Origin: an uncultured Muribaculaceae bacterium
GTDB taxonomy: Bacteria > Bacillota_I > Bacilli_A > RF39 > UBA660
DNA length: 64,000 nucleotides
Assembly (NCBI GenBank): GCA_964384115.1
Contig: CAYLJU010000002.1
Span: 4,912 to 68,911 of the forward strand
Reading direction: 5' to 3'
Of the stretch, positions 39,200 through 49,426 are shown piece by piece. The number at the start of each line of letters is the position of its first letter. The stretch's first letter is position 1. Under the pieces are notes generated by a model. It did not search any database and was not told the DNA's origin. It worked only from the letters and a program-made list of their open reading frames with translations. Position numbers and translations under genes: made by a program.

Positions 39200-41185
39200 A
39201 TGAAAAAAATATTATTATTTTTATTTTTGTTTATACCATTTTATGTAAGTGCGACAGTAGAAAATTATTATATGGAAGCTACTGTTTTAAAAAATGGTGA
39301 TATAAGTGTTAAAGAAGTATTTAGTTTAGATGGATCTTATAATGGTTTTAATAGAGAATTATATTATGGAAATAATATATATGGTGGTTCTGGTATTGAA
39401 ATTGTTAGTGTTAAAGGTATAAGTGAAAGTAAATTAGATGGATTTAACACACTTAATGCTGATGGTGATTTATTTAAATTAGTTGGAAGTGCTTCTAGTG
39501 GTGATTATGGATATTATAGTCTTTCTAATATTTCTAGAGGTATAAATGTTAAAATATATAATCCATCAAGATATAATAAAATGTTTTATTTAGAATATAT
39601 TGTTAAAAATATGGCGATTAAACATAATGATGTGGGTGAAGTTGGATATAATATATTTACAAGTTTAAAGGAACCTGTAGATAATTTAAATGTTAGATTT
39701 GTTGTTCCTAATAACAAAAATATTAGGGTATGGGCTCATGGTCCTTTAGAGGGAGAAACTTCTATTGTTTCAAATGAAGTTGTTTTACTTAAACTAGATT
39801 ATTTATCTGCTTATGAAGCAGTTGATATAAGAATAACTTTTGATAGAAATGTTTTGAGTGATTCCTTAAAAACTGATGATAATGATGTCTTAGATAGTAT
39901 TATTGCTGAGGAAACTAAAAAAGCTGATGATGCTAATGCTGAAAGAGAAAATCAAAGAAAGGCTTTAGAAAAATTAAAGGCTGAAATTGAAGAAGCTATT
40001 AAGGCTTTTGAAAATAATAGAACACAAGCAAATAAAGATTATGCGTTTAGTCTTGTTGATAAACTTTATGGTATGGAAGAATATTATATTTATTCAGAAA
40101 GACTTAATAGTATTCTTTCTTATGAGGAAGAAAATACTATAAAAATAAGACGAATTATAGGTAATATTGTAATTACTTTAGGTGTTTGTTATTTGGGATA
40201 TGGATTTTATTTGGTTTATAAATTTTATAATAAAAATGATAAAGAGTATAAGAGTGCTTTTGATAATAAATATTATAGGGATTTTCCAGCTTCTTATGGT
40301 CCGGAAATTGTAGAATATTTAATGAAGAAAAATGTTACTGAGGATTCTTTTTCGGCTTCTTTATTAAATTTAATTTATAAGAAAAATGTAGGTTTTGAGA
40401 GTGTTGATAAAAAGGATTACAAATTAACATTACTTTCAGAAGATAATTTAACTACGGCCGAGAAAAGACTTGTTTTGTGTGTTTTTGATAATGATAAAGA
40501 GATGACTTTGAAGAAATTAAAGAAGAATGCTAAAAGTTCATATGATTCTTTTATTAGAAGATATAATACTTGGAAAGATGAAGTTGTATATGAAGCAAAA
40601 AAATATAATTTTTTTGAAAAAGTTAATATTGCTCCTTATATTTTGTATTCTTTTTTAGGGTTTTTATTTATGTATTTCTTAATTAATTTTGTAAGTAATT
40701 CATTTGGTTATTTAATTACATTTATTATATTTTTATTCAGTTTAATTTCAATATTATATTATGCTTGTTCATATAAAAGGAGTAAAACTGGTAATGAAGA
40801 CTATCAAAAATGGATGGGTTTAAAAAATTTTATGAAAGATTTTGGTCGTATGCATGAAAAAGAACTTCCTGAAATTGCTTTATGGGAGAAATATTTAGTT
40901 TATGCTAGTATATTTGGTCTTGCTAAAAAACTTGCTAAAGATATGGAAATTAAAGTTCAAGAAATGCAAAATATAGATACTACTGATATTATTAGATTTA
41001 ATATGATAAATAATATGTTAAGAACATCAAGTGTTGTAGCAAGTACAATTGGTGAAGTTAAGCGAACTGCTGATCGTGCTTATTCAGCAGCTCATTCTTC
41101 TGATTCTTCTGGCGGAGGTTTTGGTGGCGGCTTTTCATCAGGTGGTGGCTCATTTGGTGGAGGAGGCGGAGGAGGTCGATTCTAG
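39200..41185 (+). CDS. DUF2207-family membrane protein (LemA partner) with Gly-rich C-terminal tail
   Basis: Signal peptide, large extracytoplasmic domain, TM segments, C-terminal 'SSGGGFGGGFSSGGGSFGGGGGGGRF'. Confidence 0.7.
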   Translation: MKKILLFLFLFIPFYVSATVENYYMEATVLKNGDISVKEVFSLDGSYNGFNRELYYGNNIYGGSGIEIVSVKGISESKLDGFNTLNADGDLFKLVGSASSGDYGYYSLSNISRGINVKIYNPSRYNKMFYLEYIVKNMAIKHNDVGEVGYNIFTSLKEPVDNLNVRFVVPNNKNIRVWAHGPLEGETSIVSNEVVLLKLDYLSAYEAVDIRITFDRNVLSDSLKTDDNDVLDSIIAEETKKADDANAERENQRKALEKLKAEIEEAIKAFENNRTQANKDYAFSLVDKLYGMEEYYIYSERLNSILSYEEENTIKIRRIIGNIVITLGVCYLGYGFYLVYKFYNKNDKEYKSAFDNKYYRDFPASYGPEIVEYLMKKNVTEDSFSASLLNLIYKKNVGFESVDKKDYKLTLLSEDNLTTAEKRLVLCVFDNDKEMTLKKLKKNAKSSYDSFIRRYNTWKDEVVYEAKKYNFFEKVNIAPYILYSFLGFLFMYFLINFVSNSFGYLITFIIFLFSLISILYYACSYKRSKTGNEDYQKWMGLKNFMKDFGRMHEKELPEIALWEKYLVYASIFGLAKKLAKDMEIKVQEMQNIDTTDIIRFNMINNMLRTSSVVASTIGEVKRTADRAYSAAHSSDSSGGGFGGGFSSGGGSFGGGGGGGRF

Positions 41186-41249
41186 ACTTCCTTTTATTTT
41201 AAAAAATTATATTGATTAAAAATGATATAAATGGTACAATTAAGATAGT

Positions 41250-41591
41250 TTGGAGTTGATAAATGTGTGTGGAATTTTATTGAGAAATCCGGAAATAGGA
41301 GAACTAATAACAACTATTATTAATATTATTAAAATTGCAACTGTAATAATTCTTGTTGTAATGGGGATGCTTGATTTTGCTAAAGCTAGCACAAAAGGTA
41401 GCGCTGATGATATGGCAAAATCGAGAAATATATTTTTTAAAAGATGCATTACGGGTGCTTTAGTATTTTTTGTTATTTCTATTGTTCAACTTGCTGTTAG
41501 TTTAGTTGCAAAAGCAACTGGAGGCCAAGATCCTGATAATAATAATATTTGGGAATGTGTTAGTCAATTAATAAATTACAAAGAAAAATAA
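41250..41591 (+). CDS. Small membrane protein (2 TM)
   Basis: ORF-track; hydrophobic segments. Confidence 0.35.
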   Translation: MELINVCGILLRNPEIGELITTIINIIKIATVIILVVMGMLDFAKASTKGSADDMAKSRNIFFKRCITGALVFFVISIVQLAVSLVAKATGGQDPDNNNIWECVSQLINYKEK

Positions 41592-41636
41592 TGGATTTTC
41601 CATTATTTTTTGTTATGCCATTGAAAAAAATGTGTA

Positions 41637-41897
41637 TTGATGGTAAAATATTCATATGTTATGGAGGTTGATATATTGGACGAAGGAAAAAATATTTTTT
41701 GTGATAATTGTGATGATTTAAAAGTTGTTGCTTTAAAACTTGAAAAAAGAGGATTTGATCCAATAAAACAAATATCAGGTTATTTACTTAGTGGAGATCC
41801 GGGTTACATCACTAATAAAGATGGAGCTAGGAAGATTCTTTGTAGGTATGATCGAAATGAGATAATTGAATTTTTACTTAGGGAATATATTAAATGA
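41637..41897 (+). CDS. ireB: IreB-family regulatory phosphoprotein (UPF0297/YrzL)
   Basis: 'GFDPIKQISGYLLSGDPGYITNKDGARK' matches UPF0297; conserved position before ruvX. Confidence 0.75.
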   Translation: MMVKYSYVMEVDILDEGKNIFCDNCDDLKVVALKLEKRGFDPIKQISGYLLSGDPGYITNKDGARKILCRYDRNEIIEFLLREYIK

Positions 41898-42319
41898 GAT
41901 ATTTGGGACTTGATTTAGGAACTAAGACATTAGGTATGGCTTTAAGTGATCCTTATGGGATAATAGCTTCATCTTATGGAACAATTCGATTTGAAAATGA
42001 AGATTATGATTGTTTACTTGAAAAAATAAAAAATGTTGTTGAAAGTGAACATGTTGATATTATTGTTTTAGGTTTACCTCGTAATATGAATAATAGTTTA
42101 GGCGAACGCGCGAATAAAACTATAGAATTTAGAGATAAATTAAGTAATTATTTGAATATGGAAGTTTTTTTACAAGATGAAAGACTATCTTCTGTTGAAG
42201 CAAATAATTATTTAATTGAATCAGATATGTCTAGAAAAAAAAGAAAACAAAAAGTTGATAGTGTTGCTGCTACAATAATACTTGAAACTTTTATGGAAAG
42301 AAGGAAAAATAATGAATGA
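41894..42319 (+). CDS. ruvX: Holliday-junction resolvase-like nuclease RuvX/YqgF
   Basis: 'YLGLDLGTKTLGMALSD' RNase H-like fold start. Confidence 0.85.
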   Translation: MRYLGLDLGTKTLGMALSDPYGIIASSYGTIRFENEDYDCLLEKIKNVVESEHVDIIVLGLPRNMNNSLGERANKTIEFRDKLSNYLNMEVFLQDERLSSVEANNYLIESDMSRKKRKQKVDSVAATIILETFMERRKNNE

Positions 42320-42596
42320 TGAAAAAATGACATTTAAAGTTATGAATGAAGAAGGAAAAGAAGTAGAATGTGAAGTTTTATTTACATTTGAAAGTGAAGA
42401 AACTAAAAAAAATTATATAGTATATACTGATAATACTACTGATGATGATGGAAATACTAAAGTATATGCTTCAATATACAATCCAAATGACGAGAAGTCT
42501 ATTCTTTATCCAATTGAAACTGAAAAAGAATGGAAAATTGTGGAAACAATTTTAAGTGAATTACAAACTGAAGTTGGAAAAGGAACTGAAAATTAG
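42312..42596 (+). CDS. DUF1292-family protein (YrzB-like)
   Basis: Acidic protein 'MTFKVMNEEGKEVECEVLFTFESEETKKNYIVYTD'. Confidence 0.65.
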   Translation: MNDEKMTFKVMNEEGKEVECEVLFTFESEETKKNYIVYTDNTTDDDGNTKVYASIYNPNDEKSILYPIETEKEWKIVETILSELQTEVGKGTEN

Positions 42597-42602
42597 TGTT
42601 TT

Positions 42603-43679
42603 ATGGCGAAGTTTCTTAAGATTATAATTGGGGTTTTAGTAATTTTAATAATAGGGGTTTCTGTTTTTATGTATATGACTGGTCCGGTTGATAAAAACAA
42701 TAAAGAAAATATATTAGTAGTTGTTAATAAAACAGATACTTTTTCTACTTTGGGAAAAACATTATATGAAAAAGGATTAATTAAATCAGAATTAATTTAT
42801 AAAATATATGTAAAACTATTTTTAAAAAATTCTCATTTAGAAGTTGGAGAATATGAATTAAATAAATCTATGGATTTAGATAATATAATAGAAATTTTTA
42901 AAAAAGGTAATAATTATAATCCTGATGTTATAAGAATTACTTTTAAAGAAGGAATTAATGCTAGAGTAGTTGCAAAGGAAATTTCTAATAATACAAATAA
43001 TAAATATGAAGATGTTATTAAATTATTAGAAAGTAGAGATTTTGCTAAAAAAATGATTGATTCTTATTGGTTTTTAAATGAAAGTATATTAGATAATAAT
43101 ATATATTATCCACTTGAAGGATATTTATTTCCTGATACATATGAATTTTTAAATAAAGATGTTAGTATTGAAACTATAATTAAAACTTTGTTAAATCATT
43201 TTGGAGAAAAAGTTGATCCTTATAGAAAAGAAATTGAAGCAAGTGATTTTAAATTAAATGAAATTGTTATACTTGCTTCAATTGCAGAAGTTGAATCACT
43301 TCCAGGTGCTGATAGAAAAAAAGTTGTTGGAGTATTTGTCAATAGAATGAAAAACAATATATCTCTTGGTAGTGATATGACAGCATATTATGCTTATAAA
43401 TTAGATAATTTAAATGAGGGTTTAAGTTTAAAAGAGTTTTTAGATTGTTCTAATCCTTATAATACAAGATGTAATAGTAAAATGGGATTACCTATTGGTG
43501 CGATTAGTAATCCAGGTATTGATAGTATTGTTGGCGCGATTGAATATCAAAATGATGGCAATTTCTATTTTGTTGCTGATTGTAATGGTAAAACTTATTT
43601 TGCAAAAAGCGATTCAGAAATTCAAAGTATTATAAGGACATTAAAAAGTCAAGAATTGTGGTGTGAAGTAAGTGCTTAA
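42603..43679 (+). CDS. mltG: Endolytic murein transglycosylase MltG (YceG-like)
   Basis: N-terminal TM, YceG-like domain; conserved synteny with ruvX. Confidence 0.8.
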   Translation: MAKFLKIIIGVLVILIIGVSVFMYMTGPVDKNNKENILVVVNKTDTFSTLGKTLYEKGLIKSELIYKIYVKLFLKNSHLEVGEYELNKSMDLDNIIEIFKKGNNYNPDVIRITFKEGINARVVAKEISNNTNNKYEDVIKLLESRDFAKKMIDSYWFLNESILDNNIYYPLEGYLFPDTYEFLNKDVSIETIIKTLLNHFGEKVDPYRKEIEASDFKLNEIVILASIAEVESLPGADRKKVVGVFVNRMKNNISLGSDMTAYYAYKLDNLNEGLSLKEFLDCSNPYNTRCNSKMGLPIGAISNPGIDSIVGAIEYQNDGNFYFVADCNGKTYFAKSDSEIQSIIRTLKSQELWCEVSA

Positions 43680-44244
43680 TGAAATAAAGAACAAAGCATT
43701 AGTAGATGGTATTCCTATTATGCAGGATGATGGAATTGATTTTTTGATTGATTATATAAAAAAAAATAATGTGAAAGATATTTTGGAAATAGGTACTGCT
43801 GTTGGTTATTCTAGTATAAAAATGGCTTTAATTAGTAATAATATTAATATTGTAACTATTGAAAGAGATGAATTAAGATATAATGAAGCTATTAAAAATA
43901 TAAAAAAAATGAATTTACAAAATAGGATAAATTGTATATATGCTGATGCACTTGAAGTTTCTATAGATGATAGTTTTGATTTAATTTTTATAGATGGTGC
44001 GAAGAGTCAAAATATAAAGTTTTTTGAAAAATATAAAAATTTACTTAAAGAAAATGGTACTATATTAGTTGATAATATTTATTTTCATGGTGTAATATAT
44101 GAAGATGATTCAACTTTATCAAGAAATGTAAGGGGTATAAAAAGGAAAATATTAGATTTTATTGATTATATTAAATCTTTAGATGATTATGAAATTGATA
44201 TTTTATCTAGAGGTGATGGTATAGCAATTATAAAACATAAGTAG
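43672..44244 (+). CDS. SAM-dependent O-methyltransferase (class I, YrrM-like)
   Basis: 'ILEIGTAVGYSS' SAM-binding motif I, 'LIFIDGAKSQ'. Confidence 0.75.
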   Translation: MLNEIKNKALVDGIPIMQDDGIDFLIDYIKKNNVKDILEIGTAVGYSSIKMALISNNINIVTIERDELRYNEAIKNIKKMNLQNRINCIYADALEVSIDDSFDLIFIDGAKSQNIKFFEKYKNLLKENGTILVDNIYFHGVIYEDDSTLSRNVRGIKRKILDFIDYIKSLDDYEIDILSRGDGIAIIKHK

Positions 44245-44252
44245 GTGATAAA

Positions 44253-44972
44253 ATGCTTAAGATTGATGGTATGGACATTAATTACAAAGTAATCGGTGAT
44301 GGTGATTTAGTTGTACTTTTGCATGGTTGGGGTCAAAATATAGAAATGATGCAACCACTTGTAAGAGCATTAAAAAATAAGAAAGTTTTGATTATAGATT
44401 TACCTGGATTTGGAAATAGTGGTGAACCAAATTTTGTTTGGAGTATTGAAGATTATGCTGATTTTGTTAACAAAATTGTTAATAATCTTGGATATAATAA
44501 GTGTTCTATCATTGGTCATTCTTTTGGTGGTAAAATAGGTTTATTTTATGCTAGTAAATATGATGTTGATAAACTTATTTTACTTGCTAGTCCTTATAAA
44601 GTAGAAATAAAAAAAGAAAGTTTAAAATTAAAAGTATTTAAAAAGGTTAAAAAAGTTCCTATTTTAAAGAAAACTGTTGAATTTGCTAAAAAGCATATGG
44701 GATCTACTGATTATCGTAATGCTAGTGGTATTATGAGGGATATTTTAGTTAAACATGTAAATAATGATATAACGGAAAATGTAAAAAAAATTAAATGTCC
44801 TGTACTTATAATTTGGGGCGATAATGATGTTACTGTTGATAAGAGTAATGCATATGAACTAGAATCTTTAATAAAAGATGCAGGAGTGGTTATTTTACCT
44901 GGTACGCATTATGCTTATTTGGAAAATATAAATCAAGTTATTAGGATTATTAAAAATTTTATGGGAGAGTGA
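44253..44972 (+). CDS. Alpha/beta-fold hydrolase
   Basis: 'VLLHGWGQN', nucleophile elbow 'GHSFGG', C-terminal His. Confidence 0.75.
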   Translation: MLKIDGMDINYKVIGDGDLVVLLHGWGQNIEMMQPLVRALKNKKVLIIDLPGFGNSGEPNFVWSIEDYADFVNKIVNNLGYNKCSIIGHSFGGKIGLFYASKYDVDKLILLASPYKVEIKKESLKLKVFKKVKKVPILKKTVEFAKKHMGSTDYRNASGIMRDILVKHVNNDITENVKKIKCPVLIIWGDNDVTVDKSNAYELESLIKDAGVVILPGTHYAYLENINQVIRIIKNFMGE

Positions 44973-44975
44973 GTT

Positions 44976-46133
44976 ATGATTAAAATAGGTGTTATGTTTG
45001 GTGGTACTTCTGTTGAACATGAAGTAAGTATCATTTCTGCTGTTCAAGCAATGCATAATTTGGATAGTGAAAAATATGATATTGTTCCTATTTATATGGG
45101 AAAAGATGGAGTTTGGTATACTGGAAAACAACTAATGGATATTGAATTATATAAAGATATGGATTTATTAAAAAGGTATACTAATAAAGTTGTTTTATAT
45201 AAAAAAGGTAATGAATATGTTTTACAAAGTATAAAAGGATTAAAAAGAATTGTTAATACTGTTGATTTAATATTACCAGTTGTTCATGGTAGTGGTGTTG
45301 AAGATGGAACTTTACAAGGATTTTTAGATACTATTGGTATTCCTTATGTTGGTAGTAATGTTTTAGGTTCTGCTTTAGGACAAGATAAAGTTGTTATGAA
45401 GGAAGTTATGAAAGCTCATGATATACCTGTTGTTCCTTATACTTCTGTATATGATTATGAAATGAATGATTTTGATAAAGTATGTAAGATGGTTAAAAAA
45501 GTAGGGTATCCTGTTATTATAAAACCAGCTAATTTAGGTAGTAGTATTGGTATTACTATTGCGCATACAGAGTCAGAGTTAGAACAGGCTTTAAATGATG
45601 CTTTTGAATATGAGAAAAAATTAGTTGTTGAGAAAAAAATTGAAAATATAATAGAAGTTAATGCTAGTGTTGTTGGTAATTATGAATATTGCGAAGTAAG
45701 TCCACTTGAAGAAGTTATGGGTGAAGATGAGATACTTAGCTATAGGGATAAATATATGGGTTCTTCTAAGGCTAAGGGAATGGTTTCTGCTAGTCGTATT
45801 ATTCCTGCTAGATTAGATGATAATGTAACTGATAAAATTAAAGAATATGCTAAAAGTGTATTTAAAGCTTTAAATTTATCTGGTGTTGCAAGAATTGATT
45901 TTTTAATTGATAAAAAAAATAAAGATATTTATGTTAATGAACCTAATACTTGTCCAGGATCTTTATCTTTCTATTTATGGGATGCTTGTGGAAAAAAGTA
46001 TTCTGAGTTATTAGATGATATTATTAATATAGCAATTAAGGATTATAAAAATAAAGAAAGTAAGATTCGTTCTTTTGATAGCAACATTTTAGCAAGTGCT
46101 GGTATTAAGGGATCTAAAGGTATAAAAAAATAA
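44976..46133 (+). CDS. ddl: D-alanine--D-alanine ligase
   Basis: ATP-grasp; 'GGTSVEHEVSIISA', 'LPVVHGSGVEDGTLQGFLDTIGIPYVGS'. Confidence 0.88.
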   Translation: MIKIGVMFGGTSVEHEVSIISAVQAMHNLDSEKYDIVPIYMGKDGVWYTGKQLMDIELYKDMDLLKRYTNKVVLYKKGNEYVLQSIKGLKRIVNTVDLILPVVHGSGVEDGTLQGFLDTIGIPYVGSNVLGSALGQDKVVMKEVMKAHDIPVVPYTSVYDYEMNDFDKVCKMVKKVGYPVIIKPANLGSSIGITIAHTESELEQALNDAFEYEKKLVVEKKIENIIEVNASVVGNYEYCEVSPLEEVMGEDEILSYRDKYMGSSKAKGMVSASRIIPARLDDNVTDKIKEYAKSVFKALNLSGVARIDFLIDKKNKDIYVNEPNTCPGSLSFYLWDACGKKYSELLDDIINIAIKDYKNKESKIRSFDSNILASAGIKGSKGIKK

Positions 46134-46225
46134 ATTGTTTACTATAAAGAAAATCTTTATAGTTTTTTTAATATACACTAGATATTTTAGTATTTTTGCT
46201 TTATAATTAGGATAGGTGATGTTAG

Positions 46226-47098
46226 TTGTATACAAAATTTATAAAGAGTTTTAATTCATTTTTTGGTAAAAAAGGAAATTATATTTTTTCAGGTTTTTTA
46301 GTTGTTTTTAGTGTATTATTAATAGGTTGTTCTATTTATGCATTTTTTAATTTAAATTTGAGAGATAAAAGATTTGTAGAAAGATATGTTTATTTTAGAG
46401 ATGAGAAGGCTTATTATATAGATACTGAAGGTGAACTTGAAGTTACTTTTTTATCTTATAATGATGGGAGTGCTTTAAATCCTAGGGATTATGATGGTAC
46501 AATTCTTAAAATGTATTGTTCTAAAAATGATCGAAGAAATTGTTATTATGTTAAAAATAATTATAGTTACAATTATGCACTTTTAGGTTTTTCTTTTGGT
46601 GTTGTTTTGTTTGCAGTTGGTTTGATTTTTAGAAAACTATATAAGACTAGAAATACTAATTATGGTTCAATAAAGGTTTTTAGACCGATTTTTATTACTT
46701 TATTTTTATTTGGTGCATATATTTTTACTTTGCAATTTTATTATTTGATTGATTATATGAGATTTAATATAAAAAGTGATGTTGTTTCAGCTGATATTAT
46801 AGGTGAATACAATAATGATTATTTGGTTAGTTATGTTGTTTCGGATAATCATTATAGTACTTTGATTAGTAAAAATAGAGTTAAAGATAATGCTATAAAT
46901 GTAAAATATAGTTTAAATAATCCTAGTATTTCATATGATAGATCAAATTTTAATTTATTGTTTCTTATAATTGGTATTTTTATTTCATGTGTTAGTATGT
47001 CAATTATTATTATGGAAAAAGATATTGATAAAAAGATTAAGGTAAGTGAGAAAAAAAGTAAAAAAGAAAGTTATAGGAGGAAAAATGAAAATTCTTAA
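46226..47098 (+). CDS. Membrane protein with duplicated TM-beta-domain-TM architecture (DUF3592-like)
   Basis: Hydrophobicity pattern; first gene of a three-gene membrane operon. Confidence 0.4.
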   Translation: MYTKFIKSFNSFFGKKGNYIFSGFLVVFSVLLIGCSIYAFFNLNLRDKRFVERYVYFRDEKAYYIDTEGELEVTFLSYNDGSALNPRDYDGTILKMYCSKNDRRNCYYVKNNYSYNYALLGFSFGVVLFAVGLIFRKLYKTRNTNYGSIKVFRPIFITLFLFGAYIFTLQFYYLIDYMRFNIKSDVVSADIIGEYNNDYLVSYVVSDNHYSTLISKNRVKDNAINVKYSLNNPSISYDRSNFNLLFLIIGIFISCVSMSIIIMEKDIDKKIKVSEKKSKKESYRRKNENS

Positions 47099-47912
47099 AT
47101 TTTTAGGAAAATTTTTATCGGTTATTTTAAGTTTTGTTATTAGTTTTATTTGTCTTTTTATGATTGTTTATATAGCAGTTAATAAGTTTATTCATGTTAA
47201 TAATTTAAATAAAGTTGTTAATGTTAAAAATGTTTTAACTATTAGATATGAAAATTCTACTTTGAAAGATGATTTGATTAGTTCGTTTGTAGATATTGAT
47301 ATTTCAAAAAGTGATGCTGAAGAAATTATTGAAAGCGATGAATTTAATGATTTATTTGATGATTATTTAAATGGTGTAATGTTGTATTATTTTAATGATG
47401 GAACTTATCCACAACTTTCAGAGAATAAATTAGATTCTTTTTTAGATTTTGTTTTGTCGAGGAATAATACACTTTCTTCTTATCAAAAAAATAAATTAAA
47501 AAATAGTATTATTGATGAAAAAGATAATTTTGTGAGTTCATTACCTAGTCGTGATGAAATATTAAATGATGAATTTATTAGTGATTCTATTAAATTTTAT
47601 AATTCAATTTCGATATTTTATTTTATAGGTTCAATAATAATTATTATGTTTTTAATTTTCATATTTACATGGAGTTTATATAAACCTTTTAAATATGTTG
47701 GAATTTCTTTGATTGTTCCTAGCATATTATTTACTATATTATATATTTTTAGGGATAAAATAATAGGTTATTTTAATTTAGAATCATTTTTTAATATTTT
47801 AATTAATAATATGTTTTATCAATTATTTGTTTCTTCTTTGATTTTATTTGGTGTTGGTGTATTATTTATTATTTTATATATGGTTATAAATAAATTTAAA
47901 AAGGTGGTATGA
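47084..47912 (+). CDS. Membrane protein (N-terminal TM, soluble domain, three C-terminal TMs)
   Basis: RBS AGGAGGAAAA before ATG 47084; overlaps the upstream gene's end. Confidence 0.4.
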
Positions 47913-49105
47913 TGAGTTCAATTGTTATTTTGTTTACTTCATTAATTACGTTTTTAATTGGAATAATGTCTTTTATTTTTCCTGAAAAAATTATAAATTT
48001 ATTATTTATTACTGTTTTAAGTGTTGTTATTTTAAGAATTATTTCTAATTTGATTTTTTGGTTTAAATTAAGAAACAGTAAAAAATTCTTTAGTAATTTA
48101 TTTTTAGGTATTTTTATACTACTTATTAGTTATTTTGTTTATAGATGGCGATTTAATTTTACTATATTTTTTCAAATTTCTTTTGCTTTTTTCTTCTTTT
48201 TAGATTTTATTAATAGATTTATTTATTTTATTTTAGTTAGGAAAGAAAATTTATTTAAGTGTTTATATTATTTGTTTAGTTCATTTTTTTCTTTATTAAT
48301 TTGTATTTTCATTTTTATTAGAAGTAATATTACTTTTTACTTGGTTGGTCTTTATTTGATTGCTTTTGGTATTACTTATTTTAGAGATTTTATAATGTCT
48401 ATTTCATCTTATAATATTAATTTTGTTAGACCTTCTATTCCGGCTTTAGTGGCTTTATTTCTTCCTTATTTTAAATATAAAAAAATTAAAATTTTAAAGG
48501 ATATGGGAAAAGATATAAAAGGTGATTTTGAAATAAAAAAACCTGATATTTATATTTCAATTCATGTTGGTCCTAAATTGTATAGTAGACCTGGTCATAT
48601 TGATATTTGTTTTGATGATGAAATTTTAGCTTTTGGTCAATATGATAAAGATAGTTTATCTTTCTTTAAGATATTTGGTGACGGGGTTATGTATTCACTT
48701 AAAAATAGGTTAAAATATTATGATTTTGTTATTGATGTTGATAAAAAAATTGTTTTTGAATATGGTTTTTCTTTGAGTGATAAAGAAAAAGAAATAGTAA
48801 GAGATAGAATTAATAAACTTAAAGAAAATACGATTCCTTGGCGTAGTCCTTATGATTATACTTACGCACATAAATTAGAAGAAAGATTGGGAGCTAAGCT
48901 TTATAAGTTTAATAGTGGCAAACTTAGAAAGTATTATTCTGCTAGAAATAATTGTGTTTTACTTGTGGATATTATAATTAAAGATATTTTAATTGATAAA
49001 ATTGATTGTGGTAGTTTTATAATACCAGGTAATTATATGTATTATTTTGATAATTGGTGTAAGATAAAGAATAGTAAAATTGTTAGTAAAAAAATATATT
49101 TTTAA
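47909..49105 (+). CDS. Polytopic membrane protein with C-terminal soluble domain carrying His/Cys motifs (possible LRAT/NlpC-P60-like)
   Basis: ATGA overlap with the previous gene; 'SIHVGPKLYSRPGHIDICFDDEILAFG' and 'NNCVLLV' resemble the H-box and NCEHF box of LRAT-type acyltransferases (weak). Confidence 0.35.
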   Translation: MMSSIVILFTSLITFLIGIMSFIFPEKIINLLFITVLSVVILRIISNLIFWFKLRNSKKFFSNLFLGIFILLISYFVYRWRFNFTIFFQISFAFFFFLDFINRFIYFILVRKENLFKCLYYLFSSFFSLLICIFIFIRSNITFYLVGLYLIAFGITYFRDFIMSISSYNINFVRPSIPALVALFLPYFKYKKIKILKDMGKDIKGDFEIKKPDIYISIHVGPKLYSRPGHIDICFDDEILAFGQYDKDSLSFFKIFGDGVMYSLKNRLKYYDFVIDVDKKIVFEYGFSLSDKEKEIVRDRINKLKENTIPWRSPYDYTYAHKLEERLGAKLYKFNSGKLRKYYSARNNCVLLVDIIIKDILIDKIDCGSFIIPGNYMYYFDNWCKIKNSKIVSKKIYF

Positions 49106-49189
49106 TATAAGTTTTCATTGATTTTTGTTTATAAATATAGAAAGTAAAGGAATGTTTATAATGTCAATGCACAAATACATGTATTACTA

Positions 49190-49420
49190 AATATTTTATA
49201 AGGTTACAACTGCAGAAGGCGCTAAAATAATAGTAAATTATATAGCTGATGCTAGATAATATGATTGCAACAAAATCAACTAATTCTAATGTATTAAAAG
49301 GAGTACAATTGTAGATTTTGATCTAGTATAATTTAAATACTAGATTTTTTTTAATTATAATTTACTTTGATAATAGAAAGTTGTATAATTAATTTGATAA
49401 TATGATGATATAGAAGGTGA
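49190..49420 (+). repeat. Copy B of the roughly 230-nt repeated element with mini-ORFs (about 49191..49259 and 49261..49314)
   Basis: Homologous to 30690..30950; followed by the hairpin ATCTAGTAT-AATTTA-AATACTAGAT + T8 (49321-49348). Confidence 0.5.
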
Positions 49421-49426
49421 TATATT

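Noticed and set aside
41090-41185. GGC/GGT-rich repeat at the end of 39200..41185
   Set aside because: It is the Gly-rich low-complexity C-terminal tail of the DUF2207 protein, not a DNA repeat element.
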